This document shows, piece after piece, positions 58,201-64,000 of a DNA stretch of 64,000 nt; within the stretch, counting starts at the first letter, position 1, and each line of letters starts with the position of its first letter. The notes beneath the pieces are model-generated. The model was not told the origin of the DNA, searched no databases, and worked only from the letters and a program-made list of their open reading frames with translations. The DNA is from a virus. The stretch is from IMG/VR virus record IMGVR_UViG_3300024255_001563, positions 71,459-135,458 of that record, one strand, 5' to 3'. Position numbers and translations under genes: made by a program.

Positions 58201-59051
58201 ATAGTGTTATTCCTTATAAAGATGAAGAGGATCGGTTTAGTGTTACTTCTGGAAAATACACAGATATGACTACCTATTATCCGGACACTGAATCTGAAAT
58301 TGTTGTTGATACTATTACATATGACTTTAACAATAATACAGTGTTTCCGGTAAGAGTTGCAGACGTATACGAACAAATTGCAACAGTTACTGGTAGCGGT
58401 TTTAGATCAGGTGTACAGGTGTTTATGCAGGATGCAGAAGGAATTTCGAGAGAGCTAGAAAAGGTATCAAGTACAGATACTGAAATTCAATTCCATACAG
58501 AGACAATGCCTGTAGGAGCATATGATTTAGTAATTTATAACCCAAGAGAAGAAGCACCGGCTGTTAGAGCTGCCGAAAGTTTAGTATTACCTAAGTTTTT
58601 GCCATATGTGCAAATACTAGTAGATTTTAATCCTGAAGCATTTACTGACGTTGTAACTAATCCGACAGAAACTGGAGACTGGTACAAGGCACCGTTTGAT
58701 GAAGGCGGGATACCAACAGAATACTGGCAAGCACTAAACATTGAAGTATTTTCAAATGGACGTAGACTGCGTAAAAATCCTGTTACAGTGTATGATGTAA
58801 ACAGTGGGCAGTTTAGCCCGGACGGCGATATACAGCTCGAAGCTGAATTTGCAGTTAATAAAAACGAAGGAGCATATGTGCGTCTAACTACGCCACCGGC
58901 ACCTGAAACTACACTAACTATAGTTAGAAAGCTTGGCGAAGAATGGAGAGAGATTGAAACAACTAGTCCTCTAACGTTTAAACCACTAGGAAATTCCAAC
59001 ACGGAAGTAGCAACTTTCTTGCGTGGGAAGACAATTAATTTACCGCGATAA
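43251..59051 (+). CDS. Giant baseplate wedge/structural protein (gp7-like position), 5266 aa
   Basis: Follows gp6 with TAATG overlap; N-terminal HLPKYFRT..N.KFL..TLDQ; contains FG-GAP-like and CBM-like repeats. Confidence 0.8.
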   Translation: MAHNDNQKEFPIPDGNSNKRETARHLPKYFRTEKNQKFLQSTLDQLLQPGTAEKTNSFVGRKTAKSFSLNDTYLDEVSDDRANYQLEPVSVIKDQNNNVTYYQEYRDYINQIANFGGVNNNHSRNTKQEFYTIDPHIDWDKFTNFRNYYWLPNGPQAVDIPGEQKEIASTYTVELQSALGDYSYVFSPDGLTNNPTLKLYRGVKYRFEITTPGVPLTFRTKRTLDDEFLLDEGITAQEVESGVIELTLGTESPDELFYVASNDINIGGLIRVANQEDASFIDVTSEILNKKAYTTRDGWALTNGLKIKFAGETIPSTYAEGEWYVEGIGDKINLVSSTDVDVSFPVGIDLTVPFDDIDGEGFDGLPFSQAIGYPKDKDYILINRASVDGNFWARYNRWFHKDVIDLSSRVNGVSVNLDQTQRASRPIIEFDAGLKLYNFGTKNKSSVDLIDNFTSDVFSTIEGGLGYNVDGIQLSQGMRVLFLNDPDPLVKGRVFEVTFINFKGSGETGQISLVETDDSIPQSGENVLVIRGNENGGKIWYFDGEIWNIAQEKTSVNQPPIFDVFDKDDESFSNTEKYIASSFRGTKIFGYKENQLTTDSELGFGISYRSISNVGDIVFDFNYNTDAFNYQDNDQITTIPINKGFLRKYYNNNTFESVGIYTKAHRMSEQKVILQYVNDRTRLTYPINCYNQSSYLDDLTVAVYVNNIRQKENVDFVLENNADKFKHVKFNNTVPVDSTIIIKCASSKPKNKNGYYEIASNLEKNPLNDDIESLTLGEISEHVATIVDSLIDEIGDEFTSTNFRDISNSSKYGKKFLKHSSPLNLSMYSLLDKDSNLIKSIRYAKKEYSKFKREFLEIAEGLEFNGSNKQHVDEIIKELTKSKTSSMPFYFSDMIPYGTAIKTRIIVEDPDARFFALNRQFTLDTLSTQAVTVYLNNTQLLHEKDYIFNSQGFIEITATKSFQDIIEINEYDTTNGSFIPPTPTKLGLYPLHQPEQFVDNSYSTPVTLIKGHDGSIVRAFNDYRDELILELEKRIFNNIKVKYDQTLFNIHNYLPGLNRNTGFSRQEVYTPMISDFLQWMTLVDTDYTINSYYDRQNSFTFNYSKLSDKNGDMLPGWWKGAFRHYFDTITPHLTPWTMLGYTIKPTWWEDQYGPAPYTKNNYLLWEDLEKGIIREPGKGFVINPLYARPGLTTFIPVDKNGNLLGPSDCNIPKKFNTVNLNDGFVFGDSAPVEEAWRNSSEFPFALLTSLAINNAPLLLATGYDRSRQVRNQLGHIVYSETDTYIKLQDIVTFSDAQDSQLIQTSGVVNYVQGYMASTLSDNFYNYQTALTSIQNNLAFKVGGFTDKSKFKLILDSRTPLNDGNVFIPEENYQIFLRTSSPLKTINYSGVIIELSAQGFVIRGYDREIPAFTYYPSYQSSNDISTNVGGVSESFVRWEANRTYSKDTIVEGAAGVYYRATSTFTSVNQIDTKNLVKLPKLPVTGGIDAIFKSKFNKSQTLSLQYGSTLRTVQEVIDFLLGYEAWLKDQGFRFEYFDGNEQIISDWKASAKEFMFWVTHKWGEGALISLSPAADQVYFETEYSIVDSVTDNFYGYSLLKADGKSLTQDLIKINRIEDNVFKLEPASATDGIYAIKLPVVQKEHVVLIDNLSVFNDIVYQPETGYRQDRIKIFGYRTGDWNGSLNIPGFIYSEVNISDWEPWKDYKVGDIVKYKEFYYTADKQVPGEEFFNFYSWKRLDDVPSSKLQPNFDYKATQFTDFYDLDTDNFDVEQQQLAQHLIGYQKRQYLENIVNDEVSAYKFYQGMIKEKGSKNSLDKLFDVLSETDSDSLDFYEEWAIKQGQYGSAEGFDEVEFKLDEQKFRLNPQPIKLTNLDNLEGLTYGIKDYEVFKKPSNYSTDLFPTLDTYSQFTRSPGFVNLDDTKYILSNYDDLLTLNIDTTLKGEYVWVGSSLNSWNVYQYDKIDTTLIGVQTLPEKVTDTTSAYELKLTLNNSPSVDVGEIIGVYDVITETVSANSVTTIQEQNSFSGFFKVTKKVLNIIYVESDDQYPEVIDCIGIITKFDSVKVANYKEANEFAQSGIIKDSLIWVENNNQNWKVLKNTQPYNLLQKIEGDTSEINDDFSRSIAVNDRNSIISIASPNAGNDGKISIYNRGGNNQDYQFSQFIEPNIEVANFGKQFGLGQGFSLDGKYLLVGAPSAANVKSRFKGPWDENTDYQNGDIVKYEGLLWEIIVDIQGAASAQEFGSFGSIIEILQKNNIFAAEASFKNIVTGNYPFSDVETDHVLIRAPRDQYNATGTGDTVFFDWYLQTTANQDQDVLEDRQPFDGAIPQINETFLESGLTIQKKVDVVLYIDVISAIPEIGDQVEAENVFGYVNYVFVDAGAATIYIERTSGQWSTTDNIFLESGEFVGQYVKQLPDEQIDVTADLGGYWYFDLGTTITVGDTRTDEGRSLAVYNIVPQGSVDLEAAGGNIYDLNNSVTNIGENSINSYIRTLTYQGTPGPGGSLNIIPSDLFIVRAPKDLTDKLVVGDEVGLEILRFPKYSDDSYVDITPTGLSYTDTNKKHTLYDLWTGYIDFDLDELTPPDQGGQPYEPRVGQFVRERTPNPGGTARVVFFQKFNNSRGRVYVTDVQGDWGIGNDGRYLEMIGTESDTFTSQTLGDIRATALGSEDLNIGSLCVFQLDAEIEDVPPASTIIGAEYLIYKDFEILGLPLLPNFPSSDNFDYKQVFNIKTDPNGSGNGLSNFGYFAVYEKENVSSFNVVNSFIVPDELDNLRIGSTIKIAKRNDLYKAFIGCAGNGTTNNPGRIYFVNNGTDDEGIVYNWELAKDKRYKGEFNSNKNFFVNDYVYYEGYFYEALTNIAGDGSTFIPTEWQLINSDQIRSIDYLGYVPNDTNILPEDFNYKGFFTKRSNYIVDEIIQYQNGNFYKALRNIPLNYNGFIDNNGVIEVPSADWELINFTLGGDQDLRLDSTNLVKFAEKFDVSDNAEVLVVTAEFNNGIRKVVIYRNVNDNYQKTQELVSPLVNDLNIEFGKSLSISQDGNLIAIGAPGADDSTLGDNIGAVYIYEQKDGTFELSQTLTSATPAEGEAFGSTIDFDGRTLYVSAYNASSDDDTTFDNTSTTFDNLFTAFKNKIKINGAVYVYDRIDNSLIFGQAIDYHTYLDRDSVAEIDRFGRNILAKNNHIYVAVPEYTNSSGNTGILLDYRRPGTEKLWSIHRENQPTVDLEKIKSIFLYDSKKNELVQYLDYIDPAQGKIAGPADQEIRYKTTVDPAVYTLGTSNLVVDETLSWGPEQKGRVWWDLSNAKFYDVYQGNLIYKANNFNTLYPGASIDVYEWVESKYTPEDWDKLSITSRGAAENITGTTKYGSVSYSSRRVYDPVVGSFTTYFYYWVKNKTTVPDILGRKLSVNAVSKLIEDPKGEQYKFISFADSSSFVLHNCGKLLKDSDIVLNIQYWTTGNKYSNIHNQYQIVTEGLSTSVPNDTIINKVFDSLVGYDSQGRNVPDATLSVREKYGILNKPRQSMFVNRSEALKQVIERVNLIFKENLIIDEKDTSLLFDNDPAPKITSGRYDTVIDNHVDLQFVSSARAQTAELTPIVENGRIVRVDIANPGRSYKVVPTYEITGQGADAKLAISLNALGQIDNVAVLNQGYNYNENTVISVRPIAVLVNSDETANSQWALYHRISNEWIRVASQAYDVKSYWDYIDWYATDYDQFTQVNHLIDFTYNLQGLDANNGDIVKVLNAGGEGWILLEKIDEQDTIDYTVNYKTVGKQNGTIKLKETLYSFDNSLIGFDNQTFDTQFFDKQPIAEVRIILKALKDNIFVADLADEFNNLFFVCLRYVFTEQGYVDWAFKTSFIKAQHNVGDLQQKVTFKNDNLTSFENYINEVKPYKSKIREYVSTYSKLENTSNIISDFDSPPRFNSTTGAITATDVKVVNGVLFNTGQTAVIDQSWLANLTYEVIEINISDSGEGYVFPPLIEIEGDATAKVSLGPNGILSKVIITNSGSGYISKPNIVINGALKEGGRPAKLDAVIGNSPVRSMHTVVKFDRISGQFFITQLNETESFVATGSKTVFDLKWPMDMRTNTVEVTVDGELVLGSNYSYNNLINRKDGYDKFYGRIEFIDPPANEVVVEVNYKKSINMLDAQDRINLFYNPTDGQIGKDISQLMDGVDYGGVEVKSFEFGAPPGWDTGDWYTDNWDVFDENYDDESFETDGSTLVFDLAKPLESGVTYNVYINGTRVDDSNWDGTSSVESNPYAFMAPLIGDGVTDTLVFDNEIRFRQVVDELDNGSGNDNPPGNIITIRRATSDGSQEVSGSSYDTALTGGDLAYTTATGISAEDINIDGDGFVTPTTSKGPEEVVPGQIMDTLDITVYERPNSGTGVIEVDNFKGDGQTQEFNLTQTPISLQSVIVKKNYIIVNPAEYRVDIPNSKVVFYTEPANGDNISIISSSLGGTNLVDYGETYTDASTYIYETTISYSSENTAYVTVNGVELPFELIDDNGKTAIKFSESLPANRLIQYGVFDSNIETFSKISIDEITADGSSISYELSRAPFEQQPTSYYTVVTVNNERVLNAGYSERFIVEESVLQYKMKVWQIPVGSVEGTELKVFLNDRELTFLQEWTYEGAGSFNARISPDAQPGSTIILNRGVANAGDELKVFILSTGEYRFGYFDTDNDFVDTSGKQTAAILTPVIEDGVITEVTIVDSGRGYNASSGISAKSDTGTGAELEITVDELGSIQSVIVNNGGRDYNSSTTIITELVPVPAIIYFDETFESGDIIKVYQFTNHDGLGIEREKYNVVERTQMTVGTPGYYDSRLLKNNLIDLRKQAVSVDYVWINVNGKWLIPTADYILLEDKKRIRFVTTLNDYDIVDIIHFAAPSVSNRIGWRQFKDMLNRTTYLRLSSEDEFTITSPLHWYDRTIEVSEGYENLPQPTANSKYPGVIFIDGERIEYFRREDNILKQLRRGTMGTGVKDIYIAGTTMYNQGIDSVIPYKDEEDRFSVTSGKYTDMTTYYPDTESEIVVDTITYDFNNNTVFPVRVADVYEQIATVTGSGFRSGVQVFMQDAEGISRELEKVSSTDTEIQFHTETMPVGAYDLVIYNPREEAPAVRAAESLVLPKFLPYVQILVDFNPEAFTDVVTNPTETGDWYKAPFDEGGIPTEYWQALNIEVFSNGRRLRKNPVTVYDVNSGQFSPDGDIQLEAEFAVNKNEGAYVRLTTPPAPETTLTIVRKLGEEWREIETTSPLTFKPLGNSNTEVATFLRGKTINLPR

Positions 59052-59072
59052 ATACTATGACAGGAAACTTAC

Positions 59073-59687
59073 ATGGCAGATAATTTTAAAGACACACAAG
59101 GAATAATGTTGCAAGGACACATTAAGATTCACGACCCGGAAAGCGGTGAAGTTCTTATTAACAAACGTAACGCTATTCATTATGAAAATATGAGTATTGC
59201 TCTTGCTGAGAGTTTAAGTAACTCAGGCGAAGGCTGGATTAACGAGATGAGTTTTGGTAATGGAGGTACGTCAGTAGATCCAACAGGCGTCATTACATAC
59301 TTAACTCCAAATAGCTCCGGAGTAAATGCAAGTTTATATAATCAAACATTTACAAAAGTTGTAGATGACAGGAGTGTAAACAACATTGACCCTGCACGTA
59401 ACAAAACAGAAATACGTCATGTTAGCGGTACTAACTACACTGACATACTTGTTACTTGTTTGTTAGATTACGGTGAACCAGACGGGCAAGACGCATTTGA
59501 TACAGCATCAAACGCAGATAATTTATATGTATTTGACGAATTAGGACTTAAAAGTTATTCTGCAGACGGTACTAGCAGACTATTAACGCATGTTATTTTT
59601 CATCCAGTTCAAAAGTCTTTAAATAGGCTTATACAAATTGACTATACTGTAAGAATACAGAGTTTAACTGGTTTTAACGAGGGGTAA
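59073..59687 (+). CDS. Baseplate structural protein, 204 aa
   Basis: VFDELGL...LLTHVIFHPVQKSLNR.I.IDYTVRI; ATAAATA late promoter at 59048-59054. Confidence 0.7.
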   Translation: MADNFKDTQGIMLQGHIKIHDPESGEVLINKRNAIHYENMSIALAESLSNSGEGWINEMSFGNGGTSVDPTGVITYLTPNSSGVNASLYNQTFTKVVDDRSVNNIDPARNKTEIRHVSGTNYTDILVTCLLDYGEPDGQDAFDTASNADNLYVFDELGLKSYSADGTSRLLTHVIFHPVQKSLNRLIQIDYTVRIQSLTGFNEG

Positions 59688-59690
59688 TAG

Positions 59691-61784
59691 ATGTCATATA
59701 CAATTAGTTACACTGACCTAGCAAAAGAAGGCACAATTACAGTACAAGATGGTACTATTAACGATCAAACTACGTTAAAACTACCCGGAAGAAACACAAC
59801 TTCTTATGGTGCTGTTATTGCAGAAAACTTTCTGCATCTATTAGAAAACTTTGCTGCTACAATAGAACCTGCAAATCCTATAGAAGGACAAATATGGTAT
59901 AATAATTCAGTTGACGAAGAGCAACTGTTTATGTATAACGGAACAAATTGGGTTCCGGCTAGCGGAATTACAAAGTCAATTGGTACACCTGCTTTTGCAC
60001 AAACAGGTGATCTTTGGGTAGATACAGATAATCAGCAGTTATATCTATTTACAGGCGGCGGCTGGATTTTAGTTGGTCCACAATTTAGTGAAGGTTTGTC
60101 GACTGGTGCTAGAGCAGATCAAATTGTAGGACAAGACAATGAACTGTACAATGTATTAAGGATCGAAGTAGGCGGAGTAGTAGTAGGTATAATTTCAGGA
60201 TCTGATAATCCGTTTTTACCAAAAGCAACTGTTGCAGGGTTTCCAGTAATTAATCCTGGATTTAACGTAATTAGTAGAGATACTGATGCAGACGGACTTA
60301 GCAATTTTAAATTCTTTGGAACTACAGAAAAGGCAGAGAGCTTAATTGTAAATAATCAAGTTATTCCTGCAGGAAATTTTCTTAGAGGCGACACGTTAAG
60401 CATAACAGATTCTCCAATTAATGTTCAAAATAACTCAGGTATCAACTATGGAGTTAACGGAGAACTAACAATCGGTGTTGAAGGGCAAGCAGGTATTATT
60501 CAACATAATATTGGCGGATCAAATATTGACATGCGTGTTAGGAATAACAATCAAACACGAACAGTAGTACGAGTAGATTCAAATCTACGTGTTGGTGTAA
60601 ATACAGAAGCCCCAGAAGAAGCATTAGATGTAGTAGGTAATGTACAGTCTAGTGGTAATTTATATGTTAACGCAACTACACAAAGTACTACAATTAATAA
60701 TGGTGCGTTAATTGTTAGAGGCGGCACAGCCGTTAAGTTAAATCTTAATGTAGGCGGCGAAACAGAGTTAAGTAATTTGCTTACTACCCGAGAAATTGTA
60801 CCCGATGACAATAGTATCCGAGATATAGGCACCTCACAGAATCAATATAAACACATTTATGCAAACAGACTGTTTGGCGACATTACTGGTACAGTAACAG
60901 GTAAAGTAAATGGTCCGTCTACGGAAACAGATAAATTAACCTCGCGTACTACATTTATTATGGAAGGCGATGTATCAACAGTTGTTCCTGTTGAGTTTGA
61001 CGGCAGTTATCAAGATCCTAATTTTAACAATGGTCAAAACGTTGACGGAGAGCCGCTGGCGGTGGGAGAACAGCCGTTACAGAAAAAGTTTCGAACTGAA
61101 ATATCAAACCAGTTTATTTCGGGCAAAACACAAGAATTTGATGTTGCTAGCAACGATTTGCTACTATTTGACGATCAAGAAGGCGACAGTCCGGGACTAA
61201 AACATGTTACTAAAAGTGATTTATTAAAAACAATACCAAGAAACCCTCCAGGGATAATTCTTCCTTACGGTGGAAATGTAGCTCCTACAGGATGGCTGTT
61301 ATGCGATGGTAGAGAGATTAACAAAGACGAATGGCAAGCGTTGTTTTCAGCAATTGGTTATAATTTTAAATCTGAATCTCAAGTACAAAACAATTATTTT
61401 GCAATACCTGATTTACGAGGAAGAATGCCATTAGGTGCAGACAATATGGGTGGCACAAGTTCAAACACTGTGCAAGCTAATTCTGCAGATGTTGTAGGCG
61501 CCAGAGACGGCGCAGAAAGCAAAACTCTTAACATAGCGCAAATTCCTGATCACCAACACGATATGCAAGACGGAAGTAATAACCAATACTATGCATATCA
61601 AGATCGTCGAGACACAACAGTTGACGGAGTAGCAGAAGAAACTTCTGGTGTAGGCGATGGTAATGCACAGCGTATACCTAATTCAGGCGGCATACAAGAT
61701 AGAAGAGGAGCAGATACTGCGCCACTTAATATTATGCCACCGACAGTGACAATAAATTATATTATTTACGGCGGAAGAGAATAA
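59691..61784 (+). CDS. Short tail fibre / baseplate pin protein with C-terminal tail-collar domain, 697 aa
   Basis: PPGIILPYGG..APTGWLLCDG...FAIPDLRGRMPLG collar motif; N-terminal ENFLHLLENFA...GQIWY. Confidence 0.85.
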   Translation: MSYTISYTDLAKEGTITVQDGTINDQTTLKLPGRNTTSYGAVIAENFLHLLENFAATIEPANPIEGQIWYNNSVDEEQLFMYNGTNWVPASGITKSIGTPAFAQTGDLWVDTDNQQLYLFTGGGWILVGPQFSEGLSTGARADQIVGQDNELYNVLRIEVGGVVVGIISGSDNPFLPKATVAGFPVINPGFNVISRDTDADGLSNFKFFGTTEKAESLIVNNQVIPAGNFLRGDTLSITDSPINVQNNSGINYGVNGELTIGVEGQAGIIQHNIGGSNIDMRVRNNNQTRTVVRVDSNLRVGVNTEAPEEALDVVGNVQSSGNLYVNATTQSTTINNGALIVRGGTAVKLNLNVGGETELSNLLTTREIVPDDNSIRDIGTSQNQYKHIYANRLFGDITGTVTGKVNGPSTETDKLTSRTTFIMEGDVSTVVPVEFDGSYQDPNFNNGQNVDGEPLAVGEQPLQKKFRTEISNQFISGKTQEFDVASNDLLLFDDQEGDSPGLKHVTKSDLLKTIPRNPPGIILPYGGNVAPTGWLLCDGREINKDEWQALFSAIGYNFKSESQVQNNYFAIPDLRGRMPLGADNMGGTSSNTVQANSADVVGARDGAESKTLNIAQIPDHQHDMQDGSNNQYYAYQDRRDTTVDGVAEETSGVGDGNAQRIPNSGGIQDRRGADTAPLNIMPPTVTINYIIYGGRE

Positions 61785-63745
61785 TGAGTTATAAAATTAA
61801 CAAAACAAATGGAGAATTGTTAGTAGATCTAGTAGATGGACAAATTGACACTACGTCAACTGATATAACTCTTATAGGACGTAATTATAAAGGGTTTGGC
61901 GAATTAGTTAATGAAAATTTTGTCAAAGTCATGGAAAACTTTGCCAAGTCAAGTGCTCCAGGAGCTCCTCTTGTAGGACAATTATGGTATGATACTGCTG
62001 AAGAAAGATTAAAGGTATATACAGGAGAAACATTTAAGACAGCATCTGGAGCATTAGTCAGTCAGACACAGCCTAATCTTGTAACAGGTGACATTTGGAT
62101 TGATAGTTTCAATAATAAACTTTACTTTTACGACGGCGAAGATATTGTATTAGTTGGCCCGCAGTACAGTGCGCAACAGGGCAAAACAATTGTAGAAGCT
62201 GCAACTATTATTGACGAAACAGGCCAAGACCAAACAGTTTTATATATGTACATAGGTGGATTGTTAACAGGAATATATTCTAGAACAGAATTTAGACCGT
62301 CGCTTAACATTACTGGATTCCCAATAGATATTGATGATACAAATATTCCTAAAAGACAATTGATTAAAACAGGATTTAATCCTGTTAGTGCTGATTTTGT
62401 ATGGCAGGGTACTGCAAAGAGTACACAGTCATTGATTAGTGCTGGCGGCGAAGCATTTACAGATGCTAACTTTATGAAAACTGACAGTGACACTAGCACA
62501 AGTGGATCTCTTGCAGTTAAAGACGAGCGTGGACTAACCGTTGGTAAAAACGATAATGTTTATGCTGCATTACGTGTAGACACTGGCGATATTACTACGC
62601 TCGAGTCACAGCAAGGTAATAAAGATTTTGTTATTCGAACAAAACGTGGTAGTAACTATGATAATGTATTTTATGTTAAATCTGCGGTAAAGCGTGTAGG
62701 TATTCTTACAAATACTCCAGCATTTGGATTTGACGTTAATACCGATGCTAGAATAAGTGGAGAGCTAACAGTTGACGGAAACTTAACTGTAAAGGGTGAT
62801 AGTACTTTTCTTCAAACAGAAACATTACAAGTTGAAGACAAAAACATTGAATTATCAATAGACGCTGCGGGACTTCCAGCAGGCAACGACACTGTTGCAG
62901 ATTTAGGTGGTGTTACTTTAAAATCAACCGACGGCGATAAAACAATATATTGGTCAAACACTACTCAAAACTGGACTGTTGATCAAAACTTTGATTTAGA
63001 AACAGGTTTAGCTTATAAAATTAACAACATAACAAAACTATCTGATGACAGATTACATAATTCTGTTTTATATGCAGACGGATTAATACGTGTTGGTACA
63101 TTACAATACTTAAATGTAGATCAATTTAACTTTTTAAATTCTACAATGACTACAACAAGTCCTCTAAGCATAGTATCTAATGGTACTATTACAGTTAACA
63201 ACAAATTAATTACGGGTGTATCAACGCCAATAAGTCCACGGGTAGCTGCAAGAGATACTCTTACAGAAACTACAGACAGTGCAGTAGTTACTAAGCAGTA
63301 TGTAGATGCAGAAATAAAAGCAGAGCCATTAGTTACATCTCTAGATGTAACAGGTTATGCAGATCCTGAATCAAACTTTGCTGCCAACGGACCGTACAAT
63401 AACGTTAAAGCAATATTAGAACAACTTTATAGTGCTGCTGATAAGGAAGAAGGTACCTTTGCTAAGGTTTATTGTACAAACTATGTTAATACTACAGTTA
63501 CAAACATTGACGTTGATCAATTAGTTGATGATCCGGATAATCCGGGCGGTCCTCAAATTAGTGCTGTTCGTAAATCTTATATTGCTGTAGACAAGGATGG
63601 AAATCTAAGTGACGAATCAGTAGTACAAGATATTGAGTTCTTACCAGTATCTGCTACAGCAGGATTTATTCCGGATAGGGCAATAATGGAATTTGAAGTA
63701 CAAACAAATGCATGGACGTGGCTCCGTACCAACGTACTTCCGTGA
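61784..63745 (+). CDS. Tail fibre-like protein, 653 aa, N-terminal paralogue of 59691-61784
   Basis: GRNY.GFGE..NENF...ENFA...GQLWYD; VTKQYVD fibre motif. Confidence 0.8.
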   Translation: MSYKINKTNGELLVDLVDGQIDTTSTDITLIGRNYKGFGELVNENFVKVMENFAKSSAPGAPLVGQLWYDTAEERLKVYTGETFKTASGALVSQTQPNLVTGDIWIDSFNNKLYFYDGEDIVLVGPQYSAQQGKTIVEAATIIDETGQDQTVLYMYIGGLLTGIYSRTEFRPSLNITGFPIDIDDTNIPKRQLIKTGFNPVSADFVWQGTAKSTQSLISAGGEAFTDANFMKTDSDTSTSGSLAVKDERGLTVGKNDNVYAALRVDTGDITTLESQQGNKDFVIRTKRGSNYDNVFYVKSAVKRVGILTNTPAFGFDVNTDARISGELTVDGNLTVKGDSTFLQTETLQVEDKNIELSIDAAGLPAGNDTVADLGGVTLKSTDGDKTIYWSNTTQNWTVDQNFDLETGLAYKINNITKLSDDRLHNSVLYADGLIRVGTLQYLNVDQFNFLNSTMTTTSPLSIVSNGTITVNNKLITGVSTPISPRVAARDTLTETTDSAVVTKQYVDAEIKAEPLVTSLDVTGYADPESNFAANGPYNNVKAILEQLYSAADKEEGTFAKVYCTNYVNTTVTNIDVDQLVDDPDNPGGPQISAVRKSYIAVDKDGNLSDESVVQDIEFLPVSATAGFIPDRAIMEFEVQTNAWTWLRTNVLP

Positions 63746-63781
63746 AACAGATAAATACAATGTCGCAATAGGGGTTTATAA

Positions 63782-64000
63782 ATGGCATATACAATTGATA
63801 CATACAGTAATAGTCGATCTTGGAAGATTGAAGATGGTACTATTGACCAAACTACAGATTTAAAACTTGTAGGTAAAAACTATGCAGGTTATGGTGAAAT
63901 ACAAAACGAAAATTTTGTATTTTTGCTAGAGAACTTTGCAGGACAAGTTGAGCCTCCGAGAAAAGTAGCAGGCCAAATTTGGTTTGACTCGAGTAATTCA
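63782..64000 (+). CDS. Third paralogous fibre protein, N-terminal 73 codons only
   Basis: Read manually: MAYTIDTY...LVGKNYAGYGEIQNENFVFLLENFAG..PP..VAGQIWFDS; ATAAATA at 63751-63757. Confidence 0.85.
   Translation, partial: MAYTIDTYSNSRSWKIEDGTIDQTTDLKLVGKNYAGYGEIQNENFVFLLENFAGQVEPPRKVAGQIWFDSSNS

Noticed and set aside
1..64000. CRISPR array, DGR, retron or transposase
   Set aside because: No regularly spaced repeats, reverse transcriptase or transposase motifs seen
1..64000. Alternative genetic code as in some jumbo phages
   Set aside because: Very long ORFs tile the window in code 11 and TAA, TAG (15978) and TGA (20626) all act as stops at gene boundaries

Overview
A 64-kb segment of a large, AT-rich T4-superfamily (jumbo-type) myovirus genome, almost entirely virion morphogenesis genes in the standard genetic code. 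Minus strand (1-33981): large modular fibre/structural proteins, the head cluster (gp23 capsid, gp22 scaffold, gp21 protease, acidic core protein, gp20 portal), a tape-measure-like protein, a short GIY-YIG nuclease, gp46/gp47 (Rad50/Mre11-like) and a gp55-like late sigma factor. Plus strand (34060-64000): baseplate cluster including a 5266-aa wedge protein, then short tail fibres. Two promoter classes are visible: sigma70 consensus and T4-like late (A)TAAATA. The features that the genes do not explain are: (1) a ~370-nt highly structured noncoding region directly behind the GIY-YIG gene, followed by a hairpin cluster; (2) a ~245-nt self-contained ncRNA transcription unit behind the capsid gene; (3) a probable -1 frameshift fusing the gp26-like and gp51-like ORFs; (4) two ~100-nt structured 5' leaders; (5) a glycosyltransferase-like gene inside the head cluster. 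All protein calls come from motif recognition and gene order; no database search was run.
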